Part shown: piece by piece, positions 50,232 to 59,742 of the stretch
Numbering within the stretch: the stretch's first letter is position 1
Layout: every line of letters begins with the position of its first letter
DNA from: Candidatus Binatia bacterium
GTDB lineage: Bacteria; Desulfobacterota; Binatia; Bin18
DNA length: 64,000 bases
Assembly: GCA_963666315.2 (NCBI GenBank)
Contig: CAXXHG010000043.1
Span: 64,001-128,000, forward strand
Direction: 5' to 3'
Program-made: the position numbers and the translations under genes
Notes under the pieces: generated by a model
What the model saw: the letters and a program-made list of their open reading frames with translations, nothing else
The model's database searches: none
What the model was told of the DNA's origin: nothing

Positions 50232-50276
50232 GGGTAAAGCAGGCCCTACCAGCAAAAAACGAGAGTAGTAAGCAGC

Positions 50277-50390
50277 CCCCCTACACGGTTTGTGGCCCGT
50301 GCGCTACGGAGGGGTGGCAGGCGAGGGAAACCCACCCCGGCGCTACGCGCCACCCCTCCCAAGAGAGGATTTTCAACGATATAGGGGTAG
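50277..50390. repeat. REP-like palindromic cluster between convergent genes
   Basis: GGAGGGGTGGC...GCCACCCCTCC IR; CCCCTAC/GTAGGG ends; CCCTCCCAAGAGAGG resembles the hairpin at ~11245. Confidence 0.5.
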
Positions 50391-50432
50391 GGCTTGCTAC
50401 TCAAAGGCGGACGCAGCAAACAGAAAAATTTG

Positions 50433-50810
50433 TTACCGATGCAAAAACTGCTGTACCAGCTTGCGTGCATATGTCCGCGTCGCGTGTAAGGAAAACGACC
50501 GGCGCTTGAGAAGATCGAGTCGAAGGATCTTCCACCCAATTTGCTTGGCAATCGCCTTACGCTCGCTCTCGTTCTCAATGTAAACGAGCAGGTCTTTCAG
50601 GCTCCGAATCTCGCTGCGCAGTTCGACCTCGGGCGGCATGACGTGCGCATTCTTTAATACATGGTAAGCCAGCCGGAGGTCGGCAGGTATAAGGCTGAGG
50701 TCCTTGAACGCCAACGGCTTGCCTTTTCCCGATAGATTCTCAAACGCTCCATTTTGTTGCGCCTCACGGATACGGTCTTCAGCCATGCGGGAAAAATGAG
50801 AAAAAGCCAC
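50433..50810 (-). CDS. DUF1992 (DnaJ-related) domain protein
   Basis: AEDRIREA...G.FENL.GKGKPL, LR..Y.VLKNA...PPEV; GTG start with AGGAGG. Confidence 0.85.
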   Translation of the reverse strand: MAFSHFSRMAEDRIREAQQNGAFENLSGKGKPLAFKDLSLIPADLRLAYHVLKNAHVMPPEVELRSEIRSLKDLLVYIENESERKAIAKQIGWKILRLDLLKRRSFSLHATRTYARKLVQQFLHR

Positions 50811-50944
50811 TCGACATCCTCCTGCGGTTGCCATACGGATAGGCCGCGCCGAGTGTCAACGCGACTTGAATTTGCTTTGGCCTTGGCTTGATTCGGTGTC
50901 CCATGCAACGATATGAGAGGAACATCACTTAGGCAGGAGGAAGC

Positions 50945-51856
50945 ATGGCAAAAATAGAATTTGGTACGGCGTTGCCGAGCATGGACAATATTGCGCAATT
51001 TGCGCAGCGAGTAGAAAACTTAGGTTTTGACTATCTCGGCTGTGGGGAGCATGTCATGTTCCACGGGCCGGTGGGCAATACCTTTATCTCGCTGTCGGTC
51101 GCAGCCGGAGCAACGCAGAAAATCAAACTGCTCAGCTCTATCGTGCTGCTGCTGTATCCGGCCGCACTCGTGGCCAAGATGGGCGCAGCGCTCGATGTGG
51201 CTTCAAACGGACGCTATAATTTTGGGGTCGGTATCGGGGGAGAGTTTCCAAAAGAGTTCGAGGCCTGCGGGGTGCCGCTGAAGCAACGTGGCTCCCGGAC
51301 CAATGAAGCCCTTGAAGTCATTAATAGATTGTGGACGGAACAAAAAGTCTCTTTTGAGGGCAAATACACCACGCTGAACGAAGTCAGCATTGAGCCGGCA
51401 CCCATCCAAAAACCGCGTCCGCCGATTTGGGTCGCGGGCCGCAAGGAACCGGCCATGAAACGCACGGCCAAATACGCGGACGGCTGGCTGCCGTATATGT
51501 ACACGCCGGAACAACTGCACAAGAGTATTGAGAAAATTAAAAGTCAGCGCAAAGAGTACGGCCGGGATGCGGAATCTTTCATCCCGGGGATATTTATATT
51601 CACCGCAACACACGCCAATGGGGACACAGGCCGTGAGATGGCGGCAACTCGGCTCAGCAAGCAGTATGCCCAGGACTTTTCTAAGTTGATAGGGAAGTAT
51701 GCCTTAGCCGGCACCCCGGAAGAGTGCCGTAAGCGGATACAGCAATATATTGATGCTGGAGCGCAGACGGTGATCCTGCCCTCCGCCTGCCCAACGAACT
51801 ATATCGACGAGAATACGCGTCTTATCGGGGAAGAGATCATGCCGGCATTTCGGTAA
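50945..51856 (+). CDS. LLM class flavin/F420-dependent oxidoreductase
   Basis: GEH, LDVASNGR..FGVG.GG, P.P.Q.P.PPIWVAG, ADGW.P. Confidence 0.9.
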   Translation: MAKIEFGTALPSMDNIAQFAQRVENLGFDYLGCGEHVMFHGPVGNTFISLSVAAGATQKIKLLSSIVLLLYPAALVAKMGAALDVASNGRYNFGVGIGGEFPKEFEACGVPLKQRGSRTNEALEVINRLWTEQKVSFEGKYTTLNEVSIEPAPIQKPRPPIWVAGRKEPAMKRTAKYADGWLPYMYTPEQLHKSIEKIKSQRKEYGRDAESFIPGIFIFTATHANGDTGREMAATRLSKQYAQDFSKLIGKYALAGTPEECRKRIQQYIDAGAQTVILPSACPTNYIDENTRLIGEEIMPAFR

Positions 51857-51865
51857 GCAGCGCCG

Positions 51866-52114
51866 TCACGCAGCCTTATACTCGTCGCGGCAGGCGGGGC
51901 TGCAAAAATACAGATCCTGCCCCCGGCGCGAGAGACGAAGCGCTTCGTGCTGGGGGATAAATCGGCCGCATTGGGGATCTTGCACCAGGGCGACGCTCAC
52001 CTGTCCCGGCTGGCCCGCCCGCTCACTATTCGGGAGAGAGGACGGCAGGAAGAAGCGGCGGATACCAGACGCGATCAGGTATCCCAGCCCAATGAAGAGC
52101 AGTAGGCGAAACAG
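51866..52114 (-). CDS. Small membrane protein with YHS/TRASH metal-binding domain (CTG start; absent from ORF track)
   Basis: GGAGG-6nt-CTG; (M)FRLLLFIGLGYL...LVQDPQCGRFIP...LYFCSPACRDEY*; 82 aa. Confidence 0.7.
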   Translation of the reverse strand: MFRLLLFIGLGYLIASGIRRFFLPSSLPNSERAGQPGQVSVALVQDPQCGRFIPQHEALRLSRRGQDLYFCSPACRDEYKAA

Positions 52115-52126
52115 TCGGGTCCTCCG

Positions 52127-52996
52127 TTATTCGCTCATCCCTCGTGGAGTGCCCGGACTTTGCAAATAGCTCAGCAGCGCTGAGTCCGAACCGAGGACTA
52201 AGGTCGTATCCTGACTCAGGATTTTTTCATACGCCTGGAGTCGGCGGGTAAAGGCGTAGAATTCAGCATCCTTGCCGAAAGCGTTGGCATAAATACTGGT
52301 CGCCTTAGCGTCGCCCTCACCTTTGAGCTTTTCACCCGTCTCGTACGCGGTGGCCAGAATCACTTCACGTTCCCGGTTAGCTCCCGCTCGCAGCTCTTGC
52401 GCCTGCTCTTCCCCTTCCGCCCGGTAGCGCTTGGCAATACGTTCCCGCTCAGCCCGCATCCGGGCGAACACGCTGGACTGCACTTCGTCGGGCAGGTCGA
52501 GTCGTTTGATGCGGACATCGGTGACCATAATCCCAAAGTCCTTGGCCGTCGTACGCGTATCCTTGGTTACAATCGCCATGATCTCTTCACGATTCTCGCG
52601 GATCAGATCGAGGAAATTGTGCGTCGCAATCTCTTGTCGTAACCGGGCGGAAATAATGTCATCCAAGCGCGCCATTGCTCGTATTCGATCTCGCACGCTG
52701 CGGTAAAATTGGAGCGGATCTTCAATACGCCAGCGTGAGACATGGTCGACCAAGACGCGTTTCTTATCCAGCGTAATATATTCGGCCTCGCGCGCATCGG
52801 TGGTGAGTATGCGCTTCTCAAAACGCACCAGATTTTGGACACCGGGTAGCTTAAAATAGAGTCCGGGCTCTTGGATAATACGTTTGGGATCCCCAAACTG
52901 AACAACCATGCCTTGCTCCCACTCACCTATGGTGAAGGACGCCTGCGCAGCAACAAAGACGAGGATTAACCCCAGTCCAACCAGTAATCGTACCAT
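52127..52996 (-). CDS. hflC: FtsH protease modulator HflC
   Basis: QFGDP, EPGLYFKLP, DVRIKRLDLP, RMRAERERIA..YRAEG. Confidence 0.95.
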   Translation of the reverse strand: MVRLLVGLGLILVFVAAQASFTIGEWEQGMVVQFGDPKRIIQEPGLYFKLPGVQNLVRFEKRILTTDAREAEYITLDKKRVLVDHVSRWRIEDPLQFYRSVRDRIRAMARLDDIISARLRQEIATHNFLDLIRENREEIMAIVTKDTRTTAKDFGIMVTDVRIKRLDLPDEVQSSVFARMRAERERIAKRYRAEGEEQAQELRAGANREREVILATAYETGEKLKGEGDAKATSIYANAFGKDAEFYAFTRRLQAYEKILSQDTTLVLGSDSALLSYLQSPGTPRGMSE

Positions 52997-52999
52997 CGC

Positions 53000-54064
53000 C
53001 TATCTCCCTTCCTGACCGACCACAGCCCCAGCTGCCGTCTCTCCCGCGCCCATGTCTCTGAGTGGCAGCAACGGCACCACCCCTCCAGCGTTTCGCGAGT
53101 CGAGAATAAATTTTTCCATATCAGGCATAATTCGCTCGATGCTCTCCAAATAGAGTCGATCCCGGGTAACGACCTTTGCCTTCTCATATTCAGCTAGAAC
53201 ATACAGAAATCGCTCCGCATCACCATTGGCCCGAATCACACGCTGGGCCTTATATGCCTCGGCTTCCTGAATCATTTGCGCGGCCTGACCCCGCGCCTTG
53301 GGCACTACGTCTTCCTGATAGCCTTGGGCCTCCTGTTTGAGCCGATCCCGGTCCTCTAAGGCGCGCACCACATCGTTGAAGGAGTCGCGCACAGCGGTGG
53401 GCGGATCAACCGCGAGCAAGCGCGCCTCGGTCACAATCAATCCTGTATCATAGGCAGTAAGCAAACTCTGGAGCGCTGCCTTGGCCTGCTCTTGGACATC
53501 CAGTCGGCCGGCCGTCATGGTGTAATCGATCGTGTTCCCGCCGACCGAACTGCGCAGCGCGACCTCTGCCGAAGAGTGCAATATTTTTTCCGGCTCATAC
53601 GCGCCAAACAGAAATTCGACCGGGTTTCCAACCCGATACTGGACGACAAGATTGACCTCGACAATGTTTTCGTCGCCGGTCAGCATCAGGGCTTCTTGCG
53701 GAATGGTGCGTGTGTTGCCCCGACCAGTCCGTCCGGTGGTTCCGGATGTACGGTAGCCGACTTGGACGCTGCGCACGCGCGCAATATCCACCGTAACATG
53801 CTTCTCAATCGGCCAGGGGAAATGAAAGCGCAGTCCAGGGCCCGTTTCCGCTACAACGGCTCCAAAACGCAGGACGATGCCACGCTCGCTAGGGCCAACA
53901 ACGTATATGCCGGAGCCGAGCCACAGCAGGGCTACCGCGCCAATGATCAGCCATACGCCCGCGCCTTTGGTAAAACGCTGCAGCGTCCGTTTCAGGTCCT
54001 CAAGGCCCTGGAGGAGTTCGTCACCCGGCGAGCCTCCGCCTTGATTTTGCCATCTGTCTGCCAT
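53000..54064 (-). CDS. hflK: FtsH protease modulator HflK
   Basis: GIVLRFG, PWPIE, MLTGDENIV, PP..V..SFNDV, VTRDRLYLE. Confidence 0.95.
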   Translation of the reverse strand: MADRWQNQGGGSPGDELLQGLEDLKRTLQRFTKGAGVWLIIGAVALLWLGSGIYVVGPSERGIVLRFGAVVAETGPGLRFHFPWPIEKHVTVDIARVRSVQVGYRTSGTTGRTGRGNTRTIPQEALMLTGDENIVEVNLVVQYRVGNPVEFLFGAYEPEKILHSSAEVALRSSVGGNTIDYTMTAGRLDVQEQAKAALQSLLTAYDTGLIVTEARLLAVDPPTAVRDSFNDVVRALEDRDRLKQEAQGYQEDVVPKARGQAAQMIQEAEAYKAQRVIRANGDAERFLYVLAEYEKAKVVTRDRLYLESIERIMPDMEKFILDSRNAGGVVPLLPLRDMGAGETAAGAVVGQEGR

Positions 54065-54298
54065 GCTTGCCCTCCGTATCTCCTGCTGATGAGGTCGTGT
54101 GTCTAGGGCAGGAGGTAGTGTGAGATGTCTGAGAGAATATACACGCTAAGTCAAGACAAATCCCGAGAATCTGTTTCGTCTGGCGCCATCTTATACTGGA
54201 TGGGGGAGCAACACCAGAGACTCGGCGCGTAGACAAAGACCGGCTGAGAACGGTATGCTCGGCGTAGTTTGAGTGTACCCCGATAAAGGAGCTGCGTT

Positions 54299-55087
54299 AT
54301 GTCTGACACATTACTCCTGCACAAAGAGCCGCCTTTGGCCTGGATCGTCTTTAATAAGCCCGAGCGCCGCAATGCGGTTGATCTCGATATGTGGCTAACG
54401 CTCCCGAAGCTCGTTGCAGAGGTCGCCGAAGATGACACCTTGCGTGTTCTGCTACTTCGGGGAGCGGGTGAAGAAGCCTTCATCTCAGGTGCCGACATTT
54501 CACAGTTCGGGAAGATTCGCTCCGGACCAGACACCGCGCACGAATATGATCGGGCCGTAGACGGTGCACTGAAATCGCTCTCCACTCTCGAGAAACCGGT
54601 CGTCAGCATGATCCATGGCTTCTGCATGGGAGGTGGGTGCTCGGTCGCCGTCATGTGCGACCTGCGGCTGTGTGCGGATGACGCGCGTTTCAGTATCCCA
54701 GCCGCCCGTCTTGGTATTGCCTACCCACTTGAACGCGGAGTCGAGCGTCTGGTGCATATCGTCGGGGTCTCCAACGCGACCGAGATTCTCTTGACCGCCC
54801 GGGTGTACAAAGCGGAAGAGGCGGCGCATATGGGACTCGTCAATCGCGTCTTACCCAAAGCCGAGTTGGACTCGTATACCCGTGAGTATGCAATAAAATT
54901 GGCTGATAATGCCCCTCTCAGCGTGGCGGCGCATAAATTTTCCGTCCGGGAGAGTGCCAAAGCCGCAACGCTGCGCGATCTGGACAAGGTCAAAGCCTGG
55001 TCCACCCGCTGCTTTGGAAGTGCCGACTACCAGGAAGGCGTCAAGGCCTTTATGGAAAAACGTCGGCCTCGGTTTCAAGGCAAATAG
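54299..55087 (+). CDS. Enoyl-CoA hydratase/isomerase family protein
   Basis: AFISGADISQF, GFCMGGG, PAARLG, DYQEG..AF.EKR.P.F.G. Confidence 0.92.
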   Translation: MSDTLLLHKEPPLAWIVFNKPERRNAVDLDMWLTLPKLVAEVAEDDTLRVLLLRGAGEEAFISGADISQFGKIRSGPDTAHEYDRAVDGALKSLSTLEKPVVSMIHGFCMGGGCSVAVMCDLRLCADDARFSIPAARLGIAYPLERGVERLVHIVGVSNATEILLTARVYKAEEAAHMGLVNRVLPKAELDSYTREYAIKLADNAPLSVAAHKFSVRESAKAATLRDLDKVKAWSTRCFGSADYQEGVKAFMEKRRPRFQGK

Positions 55088-55106
55088 CGACAGTAGAGAG
55101 CACGCT

Positions 55107-55132
55107 TAAATTCTGTGCGCGCCAGCCGATGA
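55107..55132 (+). promoter_or_regulatory. Putative sigma28-type promoter of the PilZ gene
   Basis: TAAA-N14-GCCGATGA ending 7 nt before ATG 55140. Confidence 0.55.
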
Positions 55133-55139
55133 AACAGGC

Positions 55140-55712
55140 ATGGCGCAGCGTATATTAGAAAAAGCCGGGCAAACAGGGCGTTCTCGTCTAGCTTCTTCGG
55201 TCGCGGTCAAGACGGTCGCAGCGAATAAGCGCGAGTTCTTACGGACAGCGACGGCCATTACAGCAGAACTCCAGCCTGAGCAAGGAAACCCGTTGAGCGG
55301 CCAGGTGACAGACCTGAGCATGAAGGGGCTCCACTTTGCCTGCAACAAAAAAATACCGCTTGGATCCAGATGTCAGATTGACATTCTGCTGACTGGCTCA
55401 AAAACCCCTTCGCCTCTTTTGCCGATTTCACCCCAGGTTAAGATCAATGCTCAGATCACGCGCCAGACGGCTACCGGGATGGGGCTTGAGTTCACTGCCA
55501 TTGTCGGACAACAGAGTTTTGTCTTCCTGCAGCAGTTGTTACGGCATCTGTCACCCGACCGCGAGCGCATTAAAGCGGAAATTCAAGCCTCTTCGTGGGC
55601 GCATACAAAAGAGGACCAGCACTTCGAGTCCGCATTCTCTTCTTTTTCGACCACACAAACCGTCATCAAACGCCGTCGAGGGCGTCACCTGCCAGCCACA
55701 CATCAGCGCTGA
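55140..55712 (+). CDS. PilZ domain protein
   Basis: KREFLR (RxxxR) and DLSMKG (DxSxxG), GMGLEF. Confidence 0.75.
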   Translation: MAQRILEKAGQTGRSRLASSVAVKTVAANKREFLRTATAITAELQPEQGNPLSGQVTDLSMKGLHFACNKKIPLGSRCQIDILLTGSKTPSPLLPISPQVKINAQITRQTATGMGLEFTAIVGQQSFVFLQQLLRHLSPDRERIKAEIQASSWAHTKEDQHFESAFSSFSTTQTVIKRRRGRHLPATHQR

Positions 55713-55749
55713 TCTTGCGCGCGCACGCCCTTTCTTCGCTGGGACGCCC

Positions 55750-55793
55750 GTCTGAATCCTGTCCGAGTCCTGTCTAAATCCTGTCTGAAGTCC
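55750..55793. repeat. Four imperfect tandem 11-mers (GTCTGAATCCT-like)
   Basis: GTCTGAATCCT GTCCGAGTCCT GTCTAAATCCT GTCTGAAGTCC. Confidence 0.8.
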
Positions 55794-55798
55794 GGCCA

Positions 55799-55824
55799 TA
55801 AGAAATTATCGTATCCGCCGATAC
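55799..55824 (+). promoter_or_regulatory. Putative sigma28-type promoter of the PilB/GspE-like gene
   Basis: TAAG-N14-GCCGATAC. Confidence 0.55.
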
Positions 55825-55878
55825 TCTCCCCGAGACCACTGTGTCTCGGCAAACAGGCACAGACGCCGGAGGAGAACT

Positions 55879-57813
55879 ATGCAAACACGCCGAAAAAGAT
55901 CAAAATCGGTGAGATCCTCGTCCAAGAGGGCTTGCTCACCCAAGAGCAGGTCGCCTTTGTTCTTGACCAACAAAAATATACCAAGAAAAAGCTCGGCGCG
56001 CTCTTAGTCGAACAGGAGGTTTTGACTGAAACCTCGCTCGTCAAAGCCCTCTACCAACAGGCCCAATCAACGAAACGAACAGCCAGTCGCTTGGACGAAC
56101 TCGTTACTACACAGCGCGTCAATCAAGAGGATCTCGATGCCGCCACCCTGGAGGCCAGAAAAACGCACCGGTCTGTCGAGTCTGTGCTTATTGAACACTA
56201 CGACGTCAGCAAGAAGGATATTGGAAAAGTGCTGAGCACCTTCCACAAGCTGCCTTTTTCTGGATTATAACGAACAAACGAAAATCGACCCCGCCCTTGT
56301 CGGTAAAGTCAACCTGAGTTACCTCATGGCGAATCATTGGATTCCCCTCACCGCCACCGCAGAGAGCGTCGATGTGTTAATCGACGATCCGCACTACTTC
56401 CAAAAATTGCAGGACATTCGGCACCTTTTCCCAGGCAAAGAGGTCCACTGCTTCGTTGGACTCCAGGAGGACATTCTCCGTTACATCAACGATTCCAAAC
56501 CCGGTGGCAACTCAGGTGACGCAGCAGCATCTCTTTCAAATATTCTGGGACAGTTAGAAGAAGAGGAAGGGCATCCTGTCGAAGAAGCGCTGGGGACCGT
56601 TGTCGATGAGAATGACAGCGCTATCGTGCGTCTCGTCAACCAGATCATCGCGGATGCATACGAAAAGGGCGCCTCGGACATTCATATCGAGCCCTACGGC
56701 GAGCAAAGAGACACGGTTGTCCGCTTCCGTATTGATGGCATCTGTCACCAATATCTCAAGGTCCCAGCCATCTACCGCCGTGCCCTGGTCTCTCGTATCA
56801 AGATTATGGCCCAGTTGGACATTGCCGAACGCCGTAAACCCCGAGACGGCAAAATGCGCTTTCGGGTGCGAAATCAGGATATTGAGCTGCGGGTTGTCAC
56901 TATGCCGACCGCAGGGACGGCCAATGAAGACATCGTCATGCGTATCCTGTCGGCCAGTAAACCCATGCCGCTCGAACAGCTCAAAATGTCGAAACGCAAT
57001 CTGCGCGAGTTTCAAAACGTACTGATAAAACCGTATCGGATGATTCTGTGTGTCGGCCCCACAGGCTCGGGCAAAACCACGACTCTGCACTCTGCTTTGG
57101 GACAGATTAATACGCCGGAGCGCAAGATCTGGACGGCAGAAGATCCGGTTGAAATTACTCAGTATGGCCTGCGCCAGGTCCAAGTCCGGCCTAAAATCGG
57201 CTTCGATTTCTCTGCCGCCATGCGGTCGTTCTTACGGGCGGACCCGGATGTCATCATGGTGGGTGAAATCCGCGATCAGGAAACAGCCGAGATTGCTATT
57301 GAGGCTTCACTCACCGGCCATTTAGTCTTGAGCACGCTACATACAAACAGCGCGGTTGAAACGGTCGTGCGCTTACTGGATATGGGCATGAATCCGTTCA
57401 ATTTTGCTGATGCGCTGCTCGGTATTCTGGCCCAACGCTTGGCACGCACGCTGTGCCAACAGTGTAAAGAATCATACCAGCCGACTCGGGAACAATTTGA
57501 GGCGTTAGCGCATGGCTACGGCGAAGCAGCCTTTGCCCAGCTCGGCATCTAGTATGACGAAAATTTCCGGCTGCAGCGCGGCACAGGCTGTGAACAGTGT
57601 TCCAACACCGGCTATCGTGGCCGTCTTGCTCTACATGAGTTCCTGGTTGCAACAGACACCATAAAATCCCTTATCCATGCCCAGGCCACCGTCAGGGAGA
57701 TGTTCCAGGCCGCCATCGAACAAGGGATGACAACGCTACTCCAGGACGGCATACACAAAATCCTGGAGGGTTGGACCGATTTCAAGCAAGTCCGCGCCGT
57801 CGCACTGAAATAA
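55879..57813 (+). pseudogene. GspE/PilB family ATPase with MshEN-like N-terminal repeats; frameshifts at ~55881 and ~56257, in-frame TAG at 57550
   Basis: KIGEILVQEGLLT...; ASDIHIEP, LDIAERR, GPTGSGKTTT, EDPVE, DPDVIMVGEIRD, GHLVLSTLHTN, CQQC...CEQC, GY.GR. Confidence 0.85.
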
Positions 57814-57835
57814 CACCGGCAAAATACGATCAATA

Positions 57836-57861
57836 CAAGATTTTTCTCCTGGGCCCGATAA
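57836..57861 (+). promoter_or_regulatory. Putative sigma28-type promoter of the HDOD gene
   Basis: CAAG-N14-CCCGATAA. Confidence 0.45.
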
Positions 57862-57898
57862 TAGCGGGTAGGACACATTGTTTGGGTGAGGATGCATT

Positions 57899-58732
57899 AT
57901 GCTGTCAGCAAATCTGGTCACGATCAGTGTGCTAACCCTGACTGGAGTCGGCGTCATATTCTTGGCTCGCCTGGCCATCCAATCGCGCTCCCAAACCGCT
58001 CAGCGCCGCCCACGTTCACACTCGGCGGCAAGCCGTTCAGCAGCTTCGCGGCCGTCTCAACGCCGAGCAACATCCTCGCCCGATACTGATACGACCGTCC
58101 TGCGCCGCACTGTTCAAGAAGACGAGCGGCGGGCGCAGACAACGGAGGAGCAATCAGCCCAAGCCGACGCACGGAAAAACGCGTCGCAAGAGCAAATTGC
58201 CCGCTACTTCCGGGAAGTTTCCGAACAATACAAGCTGCCGCCTCTCCCCAGCGTTGTCACCCAGGCGCTGGGAATGCTGCGTGACCTCAATGTCGATATC
58301 GTCAAGCTGTGCCGCGTCTTAGCAAACGACGCCGCCATGGTAGGACGGGTTCTCAGCCTCTCACACTCCGCCATCTATGGCTTACGGAATACTCCCAAGA
58401 CCATCAAAGAAGCCGTCCCCATCCTTGGTCAGAAGGCACTCCAACGCATCCTGTTGACTGCGGGCACCCAAACGTTATGCATCGGCCATACGGGCGCCTC
58501 GGCTGCATTATGGGATCATGCCATGGCCACCTCTCTGGCCGCTGAAGGGTTCGCGCGCAAGGTTCGCTTTCCTGACCCGGATCTCGCTTTTCTGGCGGGT
58601 CTCATGCACGACATCGGGCAAATGGTACTCCTCCTGAGTGACGCTGAGCGGTTTGGACGACTCCGAGACCAAGCCCGGCTTTATCCTCACGAAGGCATGG
58701 TCACAAGCTGGGATTTTATTGATTTTCTTTAA
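57899..58732 (+). CDS. HDOD domain protein with N-terminal TM helix, apparently C-terminally truncated
   Basis: LPPLP, D......VL....S..YG, LW.H, AFLAGLMHDIG; ends before the usual H..VG..L...W.LP segment. Confidence 0.75.
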   Translation: MLSANLVTISVLTLTGVGVIFLARLAIQSRSQTAQRRPRSHSAASRSAASRPSQRRATSSPDTDTTVLRRTVQEDERRAQTTEEQSAQADARKNASQEQIARYFREVSEQYKLPPLPSVVTQALGMLRDLNVDIVKLCRVLANDAAMVGRVLSLSHSAIYGLRNTPKTIKEAVPILGQKALQRILLTAGTQTLCIGHTGASAALWDHAMATSLAAEGFARKVRFPDPDLAFLAGLMHDIGQMVLLLSDAERFGRLRDQARLYPHEGMVTSWDFIDFL

Positions 58733-58759
58733 AATGACTATATAGTCAGTCATATGACT
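58719..58759 (+). promoter_or_regulatory. sigma70 promoter with two palindromic TetR-type operators; probably leaderless transcript
   Basis: TTGATT-N16-TATAGT; perfect palindromes TGACTATATAGTCA (58735-58748) and AGTCATATGACT (58748-58759) covering the -10 box and ATG; no RBS. Confidence 0.7.
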
Positions 58760-59398
58760 AAAGATTCAGCCACTAGAAAGGAGGACGTGCTGCGCGAGTT
58801 CCGAGTGCGCGAAATTTTGGATGCCACGTGCCGGGTAGTCGCACAGCACGGATTTCAGGGAGCCACAGTCGAACGCGTCGCTGAAGAAGCGGAAATCGCC
58901 AAAGGCACCGTTTATCTGTACTTCCAGAATAAAGAGAGTCTCTTCACGGCTGCGGTCGAACAAGGGATTCAGAACTTTACCAGCCAGGTTCGCAGCCAAG
59001 TTGCCGAGGCACTCACTCCGCTTGAAAAAATCCAACGCCTGATTGAGACGAGTCTTGAGTTGAGCGATATTCATCGCGACTTTTTCAAAACCCTCCTGCT
59101 TGAGCGCAACTTCCTGGCTGCTTCTCCGCACCACCCGGAGGCCGCGCATATGCTCGACCTGTATCTTGCCCATATCCACTTCGTTGAAGAACTGATTCAA
59201 GACGGCGTCCGCGCCGGCGTCTTTCGTGCCCACAACGTGGAAGCCTCTGCTTTTGCTCTGAACGAGGCGATTCGTGGCTGTTTTCAACAACGGGCGCTGG
59301 GTCTGACTGCGCGTCCGGCGACTGAAGATGCCGGCATTTTGCTCGATATATTCTTTAACGGGGTGCTGAATCAAAACTATAAGGAGCCTGTGTCGTGA
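58754..59398 (+). CDS. TetR/AcrR family transcriptional regulator
   Basis: EILDA...V....GF..ATVE.VAE.A.IAKGTVYLYFQNKESLF. Confidence 0.92.
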   Translation: MTKDSATRKEDVLREFRVREILDATCRVVAQHGFQGATVERVAEEAEIAKGTVYLYFQNKESLFTAAVEQGIQNFTSQVRSQVAEALTPLEKIQRLIETSLELSDIHRDFFKTLLLERNFLAASPHHPEAAHMLDLYLAHIHFVEELIQDGVRAGVFRAHNVEASAFALNEAIRGCFQQRALGLTARPATEDAGILLDIFFNGVLNQNYKEPVS

Positions 59399-59720
59399 AA
59401 CGGTATGCATGTGTTATAAACCAAATCTTCATTCTCCTGGGCTTCTTCGTCATTTACCGGCTGTAATTGGTCCAGCTCGGAAGCCGCAGGCTCCACACAG
59501 ACTGAACTTGCTCCCCCAGCACTCTCTATCCAGATCGCAAAGCCGGTCTGGCGGACCATCCAGCGCACCGGCAGGGGTCAAGGCGCGCTCTTTGCCAAGG
59601 AGAGCGTGATTCTATCGAATAAGCAGGACGGGTATGTCAGCACGGTGCACGTCGACTTTGGCGACAAGGTCAAAAAAGGCCAACTCCTGGCTGAAATGGA
59701 ACGTGAGGAACTGGCTGCGG
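59395..59720 (+). pseudogene. RND efflux membrane-fusion (periplasmic adaptor) protein, N-terminal fragment with frameshift at ~59454
   Basis: GTGA overlap with tetR stop; lipobox ITG-C after the frameshift; GYVSTVHVDFGDKVKKGQLLAEM lipoyl half-motif, then abrupt end. Confidence 0.75.
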
Positions 59721-59742
59721 AACCGCTCATTCCTCAACGTCG

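Noticed and set aside
58766-59410. 214-aa antisense ORF mirroring tetR, and similar long antisense ORFs (17528-18277, 37495-38151, 53492-54106, 56554-57183, 60496-61140)
   Set aside because: Shadow ORFs opposite well-supported genes, expected from codon bias
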